Assembly: GCA_965202585.1 (NCBI GenBank)
Contig: OZ241827.1
Span: 49,042,001-49,106,000 of the forward strand
Direction: 5' to 3'
Source of the DNA: Thalia democratica
Lineage: Eukaryota
DNA: 64,000 bases
Shown here: positions 1 through 11,870 of the stretch, piece after piece
Numbering within the stretch: position 1 is the stretch's first letter
Layout of the letters: each line of letters begins with the position of its first letter
The notes under the pieces: model-generated
What the model saw: only the letters and a program-made list of their open reading frames with translations
The model's database searches: none
What the model was told of the DNA's origin: nothing
Position numbers and translations under genes: made by a program

Positions 1-200
1 CTTGAGATCGTTTAAATTTTTCCCCAAGTGACGGGAGTCAGGTTGAGCTGCAGACGCTGGAGTTAGTCTTTAATACTTTCCTCGATTTCGCGATCTACAA
101 CGCACATGATCGGAATACCGGTCGGAATCCGGGTTGAAGTCAGCGTACATAGCAGTTATCATGCTTAAAAAAACAAGTTAAGTTTTTGACATCAGGTTGG
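1..200. other. CpG-rich, GC-elevated segment at the window edge (possible promoter or UTR exon)
   Basis: Much higher GC and CpG than its flanks; no long open frame on either strand; possible + donor CAG|GTTGGT near 196 and possible - acceptor near 164. Confidence 0.25.
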
Positions 201-621
201 TAAATGTTAATTGTGTTTCATGTTTTTATGCTAGTTTACTGAAGATTTATGAGTGCTTGGAGCTTTAGTTTTATTGATAGTATGCACTAAGTATAAAATT
301 TAGTTTTTTTAACTTATTTTTATGTAAAAATAAATTGATTAATTTGATGCATTATTAGTAAGTAAGTTCTTTTAAATAGGTTTTAGTTAAAGTTTTAATC
401 AAATATAGAAAAAGTTTAAGTAATTTTTACACTAGTTGTAGTTTATTTGTAGAAATTAAAATATAAATTTGGTTTTCAAAGCCTTTTTACTTACTTTTAG
501 AAAAACGTTCTTTAATTGTATTTAGTTAAAGAGCAAAACTATTTATTTTCTGATTGAGATATAAAAAAGGTGTAAAAAATAGTTTGAAATGTAATGTTTT
601 ATTTTATTACAGTGATTATAG

Positions 622-705
622 TTTACTGAACGACAAAATAAGCGCTCAAAAAGCTTGGTACAAGGACCTGGTGTACGAAAAAACATTTCGGTTATCAATC
701 AACTA
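622..705 (+). repeat. Arm fragment of foldback family A
   Basis: Matches gtttattgaacgacaaaataagcgctc...ggacctggtgtacgaaaaa...ttcggttat, also seen at 9463, 12440, 12820(rc), 46515 and 50140(rc). Confidence 0.7.
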
Positions 706-840
706 ATTTCTATAAAACATCTTATTTAGTTCAAAAACTAATACTTTTGTCATATATAACTTGACAATGTACTAAAAATCTTTTTAATAAAGTGGTATAC
801 AATTAAAAAAAAAAGTCAATAATCAACAACTATTAAGTAC

Positions 841-1219
841 CAGGGTTCCATAAAGTGAGCCATGTGGCTTCCTTGGGGCCCAATACAGAAATTTAGGAAG
901 TCATGAATAGTAAAGAGGAACACCGTGAGGATCTAATTTGAAACTTACACAAGATATTCTGGAGTTGATGGTGAAGAGCAAACAAAAAAAGGTCTTTGAC
1001 GTGTTTAAGGGTAGTTATACTAGATATTATGGAAGAATTTCAGAAGTTTAGGGGCAATAAACTGTAAAAGAGGGAGCCATGAGGTCATAATTTTAAACTT
1101 ATACTAGATGTTCTTGAGTTGATGGTGAAGATCATAAAAAAAGTTTTTTTAGAAATCTTTTCGTATGGGGCCATAGTTTTTTTTTTAGAGGCCTTATGAA
1201 CTAAGTTTGGAAAACCATG
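841..1219. mobile_element. hAT (Charlie-like) MITE, family C, with an internal duplication
   Basis: Termini cagggttcccataaagt / aagtttggaaaaccatg; internal sequence shared with copies at 18911, 42062 and 50983; TSD not clear. Confidence 0.7.
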
Positions 1220-1999
1220 CTTTAATTAAAGCTTTTAAATTTTACGTTGAAAATGTCGTAGTATAGTTCGGTAAGTATTTGTCGGTTGCGGGCCAAGTAT
1301 CGAAAATAAAAGTGTTTATGGGACGCAGTCATAGTTTTAATATTTACTTTTCATAGTAGACCAATGTTTAATGTATGTTTCAAATTTCCTGTACATTTTA
1401 CCTGGAATATTTTTTCTCTTCAGTTCAAACCGCAGAGTATCTAGGGTAAGTTTTTGATGTTCCATGATTTTTACCTAAGATCTTTTTTGATCTTAGCTTC
1501 ACTTCACTTAGCATTAATGTTTGCTATTATTATTGGAGTTTATTGTGCGAAGATGGACTCGGTTATTAAAACCTGAGCCGCTTAAACGATACACACGAAA
1601 AAAGAAACAACAAATTACATTAAATGAAAATTAGAAAACTAAACATAACATAGTAAAAAATTACAAACAAATAAAAAGTCCTGTAGGATCAAATACCATT
1701 AAGTATGCAAAAAAAAAATTGTATATATAAACTTATGTATTGACTATAAAAGATTACACATTTACAAAAGTTATATATAACAATTTATTATCTGTAGGAG
1801 TAGGCGTAGAGAAGAAAAATTATTCTTAGTGATACTAATACTTTACAATAAATGAATAAAAATTACTTCAAACCATCATTATAATGAATCACTGTATTTT
1901 ACTGGTGTTTATATTATTTAAATATATTTTTTTAGTTTATATCGAAAATTTTCCACCCTCCCACACGAAACTACATCCTGCGGTAACTTATTCCACATA

Positions 2000-2610
2000 T
2001 TTATTGTTCTGCAGAAAAAAGAATTTTGCCACTGACTGTTATAAAAATTATAATTAAATTTTTTTTAATCATTTCTTCTCAAATTATAATTGAAGAAAAA
2101 ACTGAGAAAAAATAAAAAAGTGATTGAAAAATTCTTTATATTTACAATTAACAATTTGAAAAAGTGTTATCAAATCAAACTGCCATCTTCTATATTCTAG
2201 AGACTTAATCTGAGCTTTACCAATCTATCTTTGTATGAGGTATTTGAAGTGTTGCATCTATTACAAACAAAACTGGTAAAATTTCTCCCTATAAATCTTA
2301 ACATTTACATTTTTTCAAAACTCAATATATAAAATGCCTAGTAAATTGATTATTAAAATATATAAAATCTATAGTTTATAGATTATTTAAACTAAACTTA
2401 CCTATATTTCATTTTAAACTAACTTAACTTAAAAATTTAACTTTTGTAAACAACATATTAAGTATAACTCATATTTTAAATTTAATTTTTATTTTATATG
2501 TACTTTTATTTTCCAATTCATCGCTCTGTATATTTTTGTTTTCAGCTTTTTTTAGCGTCTGATGAACTGCTCTGCAGGGAAACGGCGTAACGCAATAAAA
2601 GTTTAACAAT
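2000..2610 (+). mobile_element. Probable 3' remnant of a Penelope-like element ending in a hammerhead motif and AATAAA
   Basis: HHR at 2555-2593 followed by aataaaa; upstream sequence only weakly resembles a decayed PLE C-terminus; abuts the LINE relic. Confidence 0.4.
2555..2593 (+). ncRNA. Minimal type-I hammerhead ribozyme motif
   Basis: gcgt-CTGATGA-actgc tct gcagg-GAAA-cggcg-TA-acgc: stem I gcgt/acgc, stem II ctgc/gcag, self-complementary stem III ACG(G)CGT, GUA triplet. Confidence 0.65.
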
Positions 2611-2614
2611 AATT

Positions 2615-3250
2615 TTACAAAATTTCTCTGCACAGAATCAATCCTAATAAAGTCTTTTTTTAAATAGGGGTACCATATTGGGTATTGTATTCGAGTTTAG
2701 GACGAACGTAGATTTTAAATAGTTTAGTAAGAATACTAGCAGAACTGGTCTTAAAACTTTTAGTATTTGATAAGATGAATTTTGAGCAATTTTATATAAA
2801 TAATTTACATGATCATTCCATTTTAGATTTTCAGATACATATATTCCTAAGTCTTTAAAAAATTTTACTACTAGTATTTTAGTTTTAATAATTAAAAGCT
2901 AAATAGGGAAGGGTTTATTTTTATTGATGGTTAAAACTTGGCATTTTTTTGGATTTAAATCAAGTTTTCTTGGTCTTAGCCATTCGTGAATATTATCTAA
3001 TATTAATTGTAACGAAGTTTCTGACTTGCTAAATACTTTTGCGTCATCTGCAAATAGACTTATTTCGGTTGAATGTGAGTATTTAAATTAATATCGTTGA
3101 TGTAAATTATGTACAACTATTAACTTTATTTGCTCCTATTAGTTATCGTTAAATATTTAATAAATTGATTGCAACTTAGAAGTTGAGTTAGATACATAAA
3201 CACAGACCTACTTATCAAACAAATTTAATGAACACAAAGTCAAAATAGGA
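2615..3250 (-). mobile_element. Decayed CR1/L2-type LINE reverse transcriptase fragment
   Basis: Minus-strand translation gives YIIYINDI...LFADDAKVFSKSETSLQLILDNIHEWLRPRKLDLNPKKCQVL...KDLGIYVSENLKWNDHV...LFKIYVRPKLEYN...IDSVQRNFVK, with frameshifts. Confidence 0.85.
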
Positions 3251-3309
3251 TTCTTTTAATGAATTAGACACACGTTAATAATTGATTATAAAAAGCCCTT
3301 TCCTAAAAA

Positions 3310-3563
3310 AATTTTTTGGTTTAGTTAAGAGTGCGTTAATAAGTTATTTTAATAGTTTTATGATTTTTATCATTAGAGATTGATACGGTTTTTTAAGTTT
3401 TGTGTTAAAATAGGCTCTTATTTAAAGCGCCTTCTTCTTAATGCTTTTAATGAAGTTTATTTGATAAACAATTAAACTTAAAAAACCGTATCAATCTCTA
3501 ACGATAATAATCATAAAACTATCAAAATAACTTGTTAACGCACTCTTAACTAAACCAATAATT
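3310..3563. repeat. Near-perfect foldback/MITE: arms of about 90 bp around a spacer of about 75 bp
   Basis: ttggtttagttaagagtgcgttaa...agagattgatacggttttttaagttt is the reverse complement of aaacttaaaaaaccgtatcaatctct...ttaacgcactcttaactaaaccaa. Confidence 0.85.
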
Positions 3564-4867
3564 TTCATACTTGCTAAAAATGTATTTTAAAAACTATTAT
3601 TTTTGTGAGAGCAATTTCCTTATACATTAGAAAAAAGTTTTTAGTTTTATTTGGTAGTATGTAATACTAAACATCTATAATCTAAAAATAAACATACTTC
3701 TTTTAAAAATACTGTTAAATTAAACATTTTTAAATACTACTTTTCATAATAATCAAAAATTTTAAACAAAACTTTAACATATTGTTTTAAAAAGCTATAT
3801 TGAAAATGGGGTAGGCTATATCATAATTTCAAGACAATTACATAGTTTTGTGGTTAAACAGCTATAAAATAATGTATCTAAATTTTTTTTTAGTGAAAAA
3901 ATTACAATGCATTTAACTCAAGTGTTTATTTACTTAGAAAATAGCAAGCTCTTTAATTTTCTTTCTAACTATATTTATCAACATGTTTTAATTATTTTTT
4001 AACCCGTTCTGCCTTTAGATAATGAGACCTAGTTACTACATTTTATTAGTCATAGAGAAGTTACTATTTCTTTACTCCAATACAACTCTTATTACAAAAA
4101 TCGTTTTTTTACAAAATTTTATTTACTAAGTTAGTTTTATGGGCATTATTGCTCTTAGTCCTAATTAAAATTAAAAAAAAATATCGTTTTAGAGTTGTTT
4201 ACCAACATTTAAATTCAACAAAAAAAAGAGTTAAAACTGGTTTTGTAAGAGAAAGACACTTTTTTGTGTTTTAACATGTAAAATGTCTAAAAGTATACAT
4301 CGTTTATCATACTATTTCTTTTAGAAAAACAAATTCTGAGAAATTTTAGTTATTAGCTGATAGAAGCCACTCTCAGTATAAAATATATGAAAACTTTAAA
4401 CTCTCACTTGCGCAAACTAATAACATCTGATTTTATTGTAATAATTTTTTTGTATGTCTTGTACACTAAGTTTTGCTTAAATATCGAATAAAATATTTTT
4501 TTGTTTTAAAGCAGGTTAACCGAAAACAATTTTAAATTTTAGAAAGTTTGTATAAAGGTAGCTACTTACACAAATGTTTAGAAGCTTTTTTTGATAAGGT
4601 TTATAGCTTTTAATAATTTTTTATGAGTGCAAACTTCACAGTACGGTATTAATTTTTAAATAGAAACTTGTTTTTTTACCTTTGTTAGAGAAGAAAATGT
4701 TGTTTAAAATAAAAGTTAAAATAAGTAAAATTTGATCAAAATTAGTTAAGATATTGATGTTACATATCATTATTTGCATTTCTCTCATTTAATAGGAAAT
4801 AGTTGTTTACATTTTTCTAATTAAAAGAATTAAAAAATATCTTTTGTGTTTTAGTTCTTCAGAACTT

Positions 4868-7716
4868 TCAGTACAGACAAAAAACGTCATTGACCAGAGT
4901 GACATCGAGCTTCGAGTAAGTAATCGGATTGAGCAAACTGTTGATGGGTAAAAGCACAACCGAAGTGAGAGAGTGCACAAGGTCAGGAGTTGGGTATCCG
5001 AAGTAGTTCCTGAAGAAAAACACAATTATTAACAACCAGCATACTATGTCTGTTGCCATGATCAAAGGTGCTCTGAAAAGCATGGTGTTTTTTTTTTCAG
5101 AATTGTTTTTAGAAAGCTTGTCCACTTTGTTAGACGTTACTTTAAGGATGTAGACAATCAAGGTGTATTCGATTAAAATAAAAGTTATAAGAAGTAAGTT
5201 TGTACTTAATAAGACAAAAAAAAAATTTGAAACCATCATATTTTCTGGGTAAAAGTCAAGCAGGCAAACAAGAGAAAAACTATAAAATCCAAATTCTGTC
5301 TTAACATCTGTACATATATTTGGATATCTGATTCTTAAACTGTCTAAATTAAAGTACCAATCGTCGAAATCTCGAATGTAATAAACACTATTTAAATATG
5401 GTATGCAACCAGGTTTAGAATAAGTCTAAACATTTTCAATATCTTCAGCTACTTTGTACAATTTTGAAGATTCTTAAATTCTTTCAACAATTTTGTTGAC
5501 AAGAAAAGAATTGCCTGACACAACCATTTTTTGCATAAATTCTCTTTTTTTAACAACTGGTATAAACGAAACCATTATTGGAATAAACCAACAAACTACC
5601 AATAAAAAGTACACATTTTCTTTTCCAAATTCTAAGCTTTTGTAAGGTTTTTAAACAGTATAAATCCTGAACCCTGTCAACAGTACCAAAATTTTCAAAG
5701 ATGTTTGGCATAAAGTTAGAGTTGAAATTCCAACCACGTCACAGGCAAAAATTGAATGCCATTCGAGGTCTTTACTGCAGTAGATTCCCGAAAACTTGCT
5801 CAAATCGATAGCTATCAGAGCTAAAATGAACCCAAAGATTACGTCGTAAGTTGCCAAGTAAAAAATAAACATTAAATTTCAACACTTAATCGATTGTTTA
5901 TCATCAAAGTTTTTAGCTTTCTAAAGTTTTTTATAATTACCATTGCATACAGAATAACTTATATTTATAAAAATAACCCAAATATACCTTCTAAGATGAT
6001 CATTTTTTATCATTTGTTCCACTGAACTATTAGGATTATTTTTACATCCGTCCGACAGACCACTTCAGTCTAATTCAAAATCATTGACATTTCTTCTTTC
6101 AATTGAAACAAGATATTCAGTAGTACAATAAAAATGAGTTGCAGTATTTTTCATCAAACTGATCCTCACAATCAAAGCTTAAACCGCACACTATTATAAT
6201 TTCAATAAGCTCGTATCTGTCAGATTTGCATCTAAAATACCAAGGACAGTCAAGAAAGTTTTCTTTGCAAGTTTTAAACGACTTTTAAACATTCAAGAAA
6301 TTTATATCCGGTTTCTGAAATGTTGACGTCAACTGAAAAAACTTTCAATTTGTCGAAAAGAAAACTAAAGCTTTTGAGAAAATGCAAAAGCTGAAAGTTT
6401 ACTGAAGCAATATCAATAGCTTAGAAACAAGTTGGCGAACACTCATCTTCTTTATAAGGACAATCTACTTCTTAGTAACATCTTCCTTTTAAATCGGATA
6501 GACTGTTAAGATTTTCAATGCTCAATTCACTTGTGATTACCTACATAACCGGCACCTAAACGTTGGTACATAACTATGTCTTTAATTTCCTCGGGCAAAC
6601 TAAAAAATGAGCATTTAAAAGCCGTCTGTCTCTTGGCACAGTTCGATTCTACATGGGTGTTGTTGTACTTGCTATCTCCAGTTTTTAATAACAAATTACA
6701 ATAACGTTTCATCAAGGCCCATTGGTAAGTCATTGTTAATATAACAAATCGAGTCTAAGCTGTATTTTTTCGCACTTGAACTATTCAGTTTTAAAAGGCA
6801 TCACACAGAGGTTTGACTACAGATATTTCGCACGCGTATTCATCAGACAAATCCCGACAATTGATTGTTCCGTCACAGACCTAAATGTTGCGTATTATCA
6901 TGCCGTCGAAACAATGGTGGCAGACTAGTTTTCCAAAATCGTCAAAACACTTGTATTCATGGTTTGAACAAAACGTTATGTTTAAAAAAGGTTTCGGCTA
7001 AGATACTGATTGATATTCTAAAAAAATACATTTATAATTTTAGTGTAACCATTTGAAAGCTAAATTAGTTCGCATTTTAAGCCGAACGTTGTTGCTAACA
7101 AAAGGTATTTGGTCCTGTTTATAATTTCAGATTGGTTGATTTGAGTTGCATCAAAAAACGACTCGTTTAACTTTACCAAAAAATTAGTCTTGTCATAAAT
7201 ATTGCATTCTTTAACTTTGTTTCTTGGTTCCGAAAAACGAAAAGCCGTTGGATTGTCACAACCTTCAATATTGTCAGACCCACCAACTTAGTCTATAAAA
7301 CCATCGCATTTCAGCTTTTTAGGCAAGCGTCTGCTTTGATTTAGTTATAAAAACATGTTGTCGTGAGTGAAGTTTGTAATCAACGTGGTCTCGTCTTCTC
7401 CGAAGAAGCAGTCGTTCCAGCCATTTCTAACCAGGTCAAGATAAAGACACCTGTTGTATGCAATTGTGATTTCGTTTTGTGTTACTTCGTAGCTGACAAA
7501 ACGAGATAAAAAACCTCTCTTATTTGATGATTGTAGAATTTTTTATCGGTTCGGATGTAAATAGCAGGTAATTCTTTTTCATTTACTTCGCCAAACAACC
7601 ACTTTGAGTACTTTGCACACGCCACACATTTAACTTTTTATCTGCACAAAATTTGTATTCGTACGAGTTTTTGCATTCTATCGCATTTTCCTATTCTAAT
7701 AAAACTTTCCAATTCT
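4868..7716 (-). pseudogene. Multi-LDLa + rhodopsin-class 7TM receptor pseudogene (RXFP/GRL101-related 7TM)
   Basis: About 7-8 LDLa-like repeats (KCDGFID*VGGSD, VCDGTINCRDLSDEYAC, VCGLSFDCEDQFDEKYC); TM2-3 FIFYLATYDVIFG...YCSKDLEWHSIFACDVVG; TM6 IMATDIVCWL; TM7 PINSLLNPITY; many stops and frameshifts; acceptor ttgttacag near 7717. Confidence 0.85.
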
Positions 7717-7984
7717 GTAACAAAAAAGTCGTTGACAAATAGAATTTTCAGTAAATTAGTAAATATCAAATATACTAAACTAAAAAAAATGTTTTGGGAT
7801 TATAAATTATCACTTTAAAACTTTATTTTTGGAAAATTGTAAGTATAATGAATAATAGATAATAAAACAGTTTAATAAAAAATTCGTACATACTAAAATT
7901 AAAAAGTTCAATCACATTATGATCTTTAAACATTAAAAGAAATGTAACTTTTAAACATTTAAAAATCTATAAGATTCCTCTATA

Positions 7985-8970
7985 AAGACACACATAATTT
8001 TTCTGTATTGATAGAAATATTAAAAAATAAAAAATTCAACAACAACTACTTAAACTTTCAATCATTTTGTAGTAAACGTAGAAAAATTGGTTTGATTAAG
8101 ACTCTATACAGTAGAGCACAAAAAATCTGCAAACCAAAATACTTATCCGATGAAGTTAACAATATAAAGTCATTTCTTAAACTCATTGGGTGTCCCGAAA
8201 TGCTAGTAAACCGAGTAATTAAGTCACAATCTACCAATTCAAATATAGCTGAGCCTTATGGACCAGATAAATGCCCAATATTATTGAAACTTCCATATAT
8301 TGGTACTGAATTGAAATTAATTGAGAAGAAAATAGTGGATATAACAAGTAAATCATATCATGCGTGAATCCTTGGGTTCTATTCATGTCCAAACCAATAC
8401 TTCAACGTTCGGGAAAAGACCTAATGACACCTCAAGAAAAAAGTCTTGTAGTTTACAAGTTTAAATGCTGCTGTGACAGCAGCTACATTGGTCAAACTTC
8501 TCGACACCTCACAACTAGAACAAAGGAACATGTTCCCAAGTGTATCACTTCGTATATTAAAGACAAAAAAGACGAAAAGAGTGTTGCAGTCAAAAATGCA
8601 ATAAAAAAAATCTGCAATAGCAGAACACCTTGTGGATAATCCAATTTTTGGAAAAAAGCTTGCATTATCTAATTTCAGTGTAATGCGACAATGTTCAAAT
8701 ACATTAGAATTTATTAGACTTGAAGCCATTTTAATACATTTAAACAAACCAAATTTATGTAAAAAGAAAGAATTTGACTACACCTTAGCCTTATTTAGTT
8801 AAGACCATCTTGTGTTGATTTTTAAAGTTTTTGTTGATTACATTTACGTTCACTTAATTGATCAGTTAACTAATTTTTAAAACTTTTGTATATATACTTG
8901 TTGTGTTTTATTGTATTGTTTCAATTGTAGTTTCCCTGAAGAAAATTTGACGAAATATATTGGAAAGAAA
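7985..8970 (+). mobile_element. 5'-truncated Penelope-like retroelement (RT thumb + GIY-YIG endonuclease + 3' end), frameshifted
   Basis: YLNFQSFCSKRRKIGLIKTLYSRAQKIC, LKLPYIG, VVYKFKCCCDSSYIGQTSRHLTTRTKEH, SAIAEHL, LEAILIHLNKPNLC, stop about 8802; frameshifts near 8364 and 8630. Confidence 0.9.
8931..8966 (+). ncRNA. Degenerate minimal hammerhead motif in the PLE 3' end
   Basis: tttcc-CTGAAGA-aaatttgac-GAAA-tatatt-ggaaa: 5-bp stem I, palindromic ATATAT stem III; stem II poorly paired. Confidence 0.5.
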
Positions 8971-9462
8971 AAATTGAGTGTTCTTTTATTCTTTAAAAAC
9001 TAAAAAATTGTTAAACTACTGATGAAAATATTTTTCATCTTCTTTTTTGTTTTCCTTTGTTTTTGTTAATAAAAATAACCTGTCAAAAGTAAAAATAGTT
9101 TTAAACTTCCGATACTAAGTTTATCTTGTTATAAGTTAAAATATTTTTAAGTTTCAGCTTGGGTTGCATACATTTAGAGAAATAGTTTACATACATTTAG
9201 TTTATTTATCTAAAACCTAGATAAAAGTATGTTATAAACAAACGTTTTTATTGCTTATTTTATTTGTTATGTTTAAACAATATGCTGCATACAAAACAAG
9301 ATAGATTTTTTTTTTCACTTTTAACAAAACTTAGTTTTCTTTTAAAACAACCACTTAAGTAATTGAATGTATTTTTTGTATTTTACCTTTAAAAGTATGC
9401 CTTTAAAAATCACTTATAAAATTTAATAATGTTATATTTGAAAAAAAAGGTTTTGTATATAT

Positions 9463-9590
9463 TGTTTATTAAACGACAATAAAGCGCTCAAAATAATTGA
9501 TCCTAGGACCTGGTGCTCAAAGAATTTTTCGGTTATTGAGTCGTACACAACTTGGATACCTTTTAACGTCTTGTCAAGGACTATACTTAG
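9463..9590 (+). repeat. Arm fragment of foldback family A
   Basis: aaacgacaataaagcgctc...cctaggacctggtg...ttcggttattgagtcgtacac...gtcaaggac. Confidence 0.75.
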
Positions 9591-10396
9591 TTTATATATT
9601 TTATCCAAATAAAACTTTTTGTTTTAATCAAAAAATGAAAATGAAACCTTATTCTAATTATCTTTTGTTTAACTAAGCTATAATCGAAGTTTAAAAATAC
9701 TTAAAAAAATACTTATTTTAGCTTTGATTGTTCTTAAAGTAAGATTTTTAAAAAAATATTTAGTTGTATACCAACAATTACAAGTTTATTTATATATTTA
9801 AAATAAAAATGCAGCTACATAAAGTCAGTCCAAGAACAGTTTAGATAAAATTTAAAGTTATTTTTTTTTCTACATAATATTTTAACTTATAAAATTTTAA
9901 AAGTAAAAGTTAGAACTATGTTAGTCAAGTACTTCGAGACACTTTTAAAGTCTCTTTAAATTTTGTAGTTCAAAAGGCCAAAAAATATTAACAACGAACA
10001 AATATTTTAATTGACTATAACTTTTGTTTTATATGCTTTTTTTGTGGGTAAACCCTGGTTTAGATTAACTTTATATATATACTAATTAGAATACTGAAGT
10101 TTAAAAAAGAAAAAGCTAAACGTTTAAAACATATTTCGTTTTTTAGCTAAACATACTAAATCATTAAATAAGCTATTAGTAATTTTCAAAAAACTATGTC
10201 TGTACTATTTATACTTAATTTTTTTTGAAAGCAACTTTTTAACATATTAAAGATCGCTTTTTTATCCAATCAAAAAAAAAAACATCGGCGAAAGTCTTCA
10301 GAGCAGAAACCTGTACTCTCGTCTGCCATGAGACAAGCTCAAGTTTACAAAAGGGTTGATCATACCAATTATATCATCATACCACAAGCTTCGGTA

Positions 10397-10439
10397 GACT
10401 GAGACCGGTTTCGTTCTCATTAGGGCTCATAAGTCAGTC
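10397..10439 (-). ncRNA. Minimal type-I hammerhead, mutated copy
   Basis: Reverse complement reads gactga-CTTATGA-gccc taatga gaac-GAAA-ccgg-TC-tcagtc; perfect stem I, core G5 changed to T. Confidence 0.65.
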
Positions 10440-10677
10440 ACAACTGAAAAACTTGCATAGGTCAATCTACAAACGGTTTATTATGCTTTCGCATGACGAA
10501 ACCGTTTGCTGGTATTGATCAGTGACATCAGCATTTTCTTTTGCCGTGCAACGTTCAACACATTGTCCACTAGGCAAGACATCTGGTGCGCTCTGATGTA
10601 ACTGATCAATACCAGAAAACGATTGAAAAAGCATCATAAACCGTTTGTAGATTGAAGACTACTTGCTTTTCAGTTGT

Positions 10678-10720
10678 GACTAACTGATGAATCCTAATGA
10701 GGACGAAACCGGTCTCAGTC
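10678..10720 (+). ncRNA. Minimal type-I hammerhead, core intact
   Basis: gactaa-CTGATGA-atcc taatga ggac-GAAA-ccgg-TC-tcagtc; palindromic ACCGGT stem III; GUC triplet, cleavage predicted after 10714. Confidence 0.75.
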
Positions 10721-11757
10721 TACCTAAGCTTGTGGTCTGATGATCGAATTGGTATGATCAACCCTTTTGTAAACTTGAGCCTTCTTATCCGGTGTACAGT
10801 ATATATACTACAAAGATTTACATATTATTTACATATTTTTTCGTTGTTTTAACATAACAAAAACATTTGATAACTTGCATATGTCGTGTTAAACTTATAA
10901 GCATTTAGACAGTTCATAATATTTATTTTATATTTACTTTTATTTAAATGTAAAATTTATTTATCGTTTGTTAGTTTTCATCACACGTTTTCTATACTGT
11001 TCAATCAAAAATTTTTGCAATTTAAAAGCGACTGTTCTTTTATTAATAGGTTAAAGTTTTGTGAAAAACGTCCAAATACATTATTTATGGTTATTTATTA
11101 ATGATTAAAAAAGTTAAACGCTTTAAGAAAACAAACAACCATATAATCAAAGTATTACTTTTTACATAAATTTGATTTGTTAATAAAACATAAATAGCTT
11201 AAAGCTAAATTAAATTAAAAAAATTGTTACAGTTTTTCACTATTTTTACATTGTATTTATTTGTGCTTAAAAGGCAGTTTACTTTATTTTGCAATCTTTA
11301 AGTCGTTAAACTTGGTAAATTTTTATTTTTGAAATGAAACAATATTTAATCTAATCCACTTTATTAGTTGCCTAGATGTCATTCATAAATAAATAGCCTC
11401 ACAGAAGCCGTTAAGTTGGTTAATTTTTTAATATTTTTAATTTGGATTCTTACTTCTTAACCCCTAAAACTTGAGGTAAAATTTATTTTAAAATGTCCAG
11501 TAAAATATGAGCTTTAATAAATTACTAATTTCCATAAAACTACTATAGTTTTTTTTTTTTGTAAAAAAAACGAGTTTAAAATTAAAAAGTGAATTTTGGG
11601 TAAATAAATACGTTTGAGTTTTGTTATGATTATTTAAATAAGGTAACTAGGTTTCATTATCAAAAGTAGTTTTAAAAAAATAACCCTTAAACATAAATTT
11701 AGTATTTTTTTTAGTTAAAGTTTCTGAGTTAAAAAATACTTGAGTTAAATACATTGT

Positions 11758-11870
11758 AGGGGTGTGTCTACACATATTCACTGAGGTTGCACAATTTTTT
11801 GTTATTGTAACCTGCCACCTAGATACGCATTTCTTAGGTACGCACTTTTTAGCCAAATACCGCTGTGAAC
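11758..11870. repeat. Fragment of a repeat family with (a/g)gtacgca subterminal repeats
   Basis: agatacgcatt...ggtacgcacttttt matches the motif array at 21640-21760. Confidence 0.4.

Larger units (their letters stand above)
10283..10780 (-). mobile_element. Hammerhead-bearing element with an inverted duplication (PLE-type 3' end / retrozyme-like)
   Basis: Arms 10337-10531 and 10593-10780 are reverse complements around a 61-nt loop, each with an HHR; a homologous partial copy lies at 45472-45591. Confidence 0.7.

Noticed and set aside
1-165. Possible coding exon at the window start
   Set aside because: Stops in all six frames within short distances; only a 30-aa minus-strand ORF with no recognisable homology
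6815-6850. Minus-strand CTGATGA...GAAA hammerhead-like motif
   Set aside because: Explained by the LDLa coding sequence SDEYACEI; no stem I or III pairing
8421-8747. 108-aa minus-strand ORF
   Set aside because: Antisense to the PLE endonuclease
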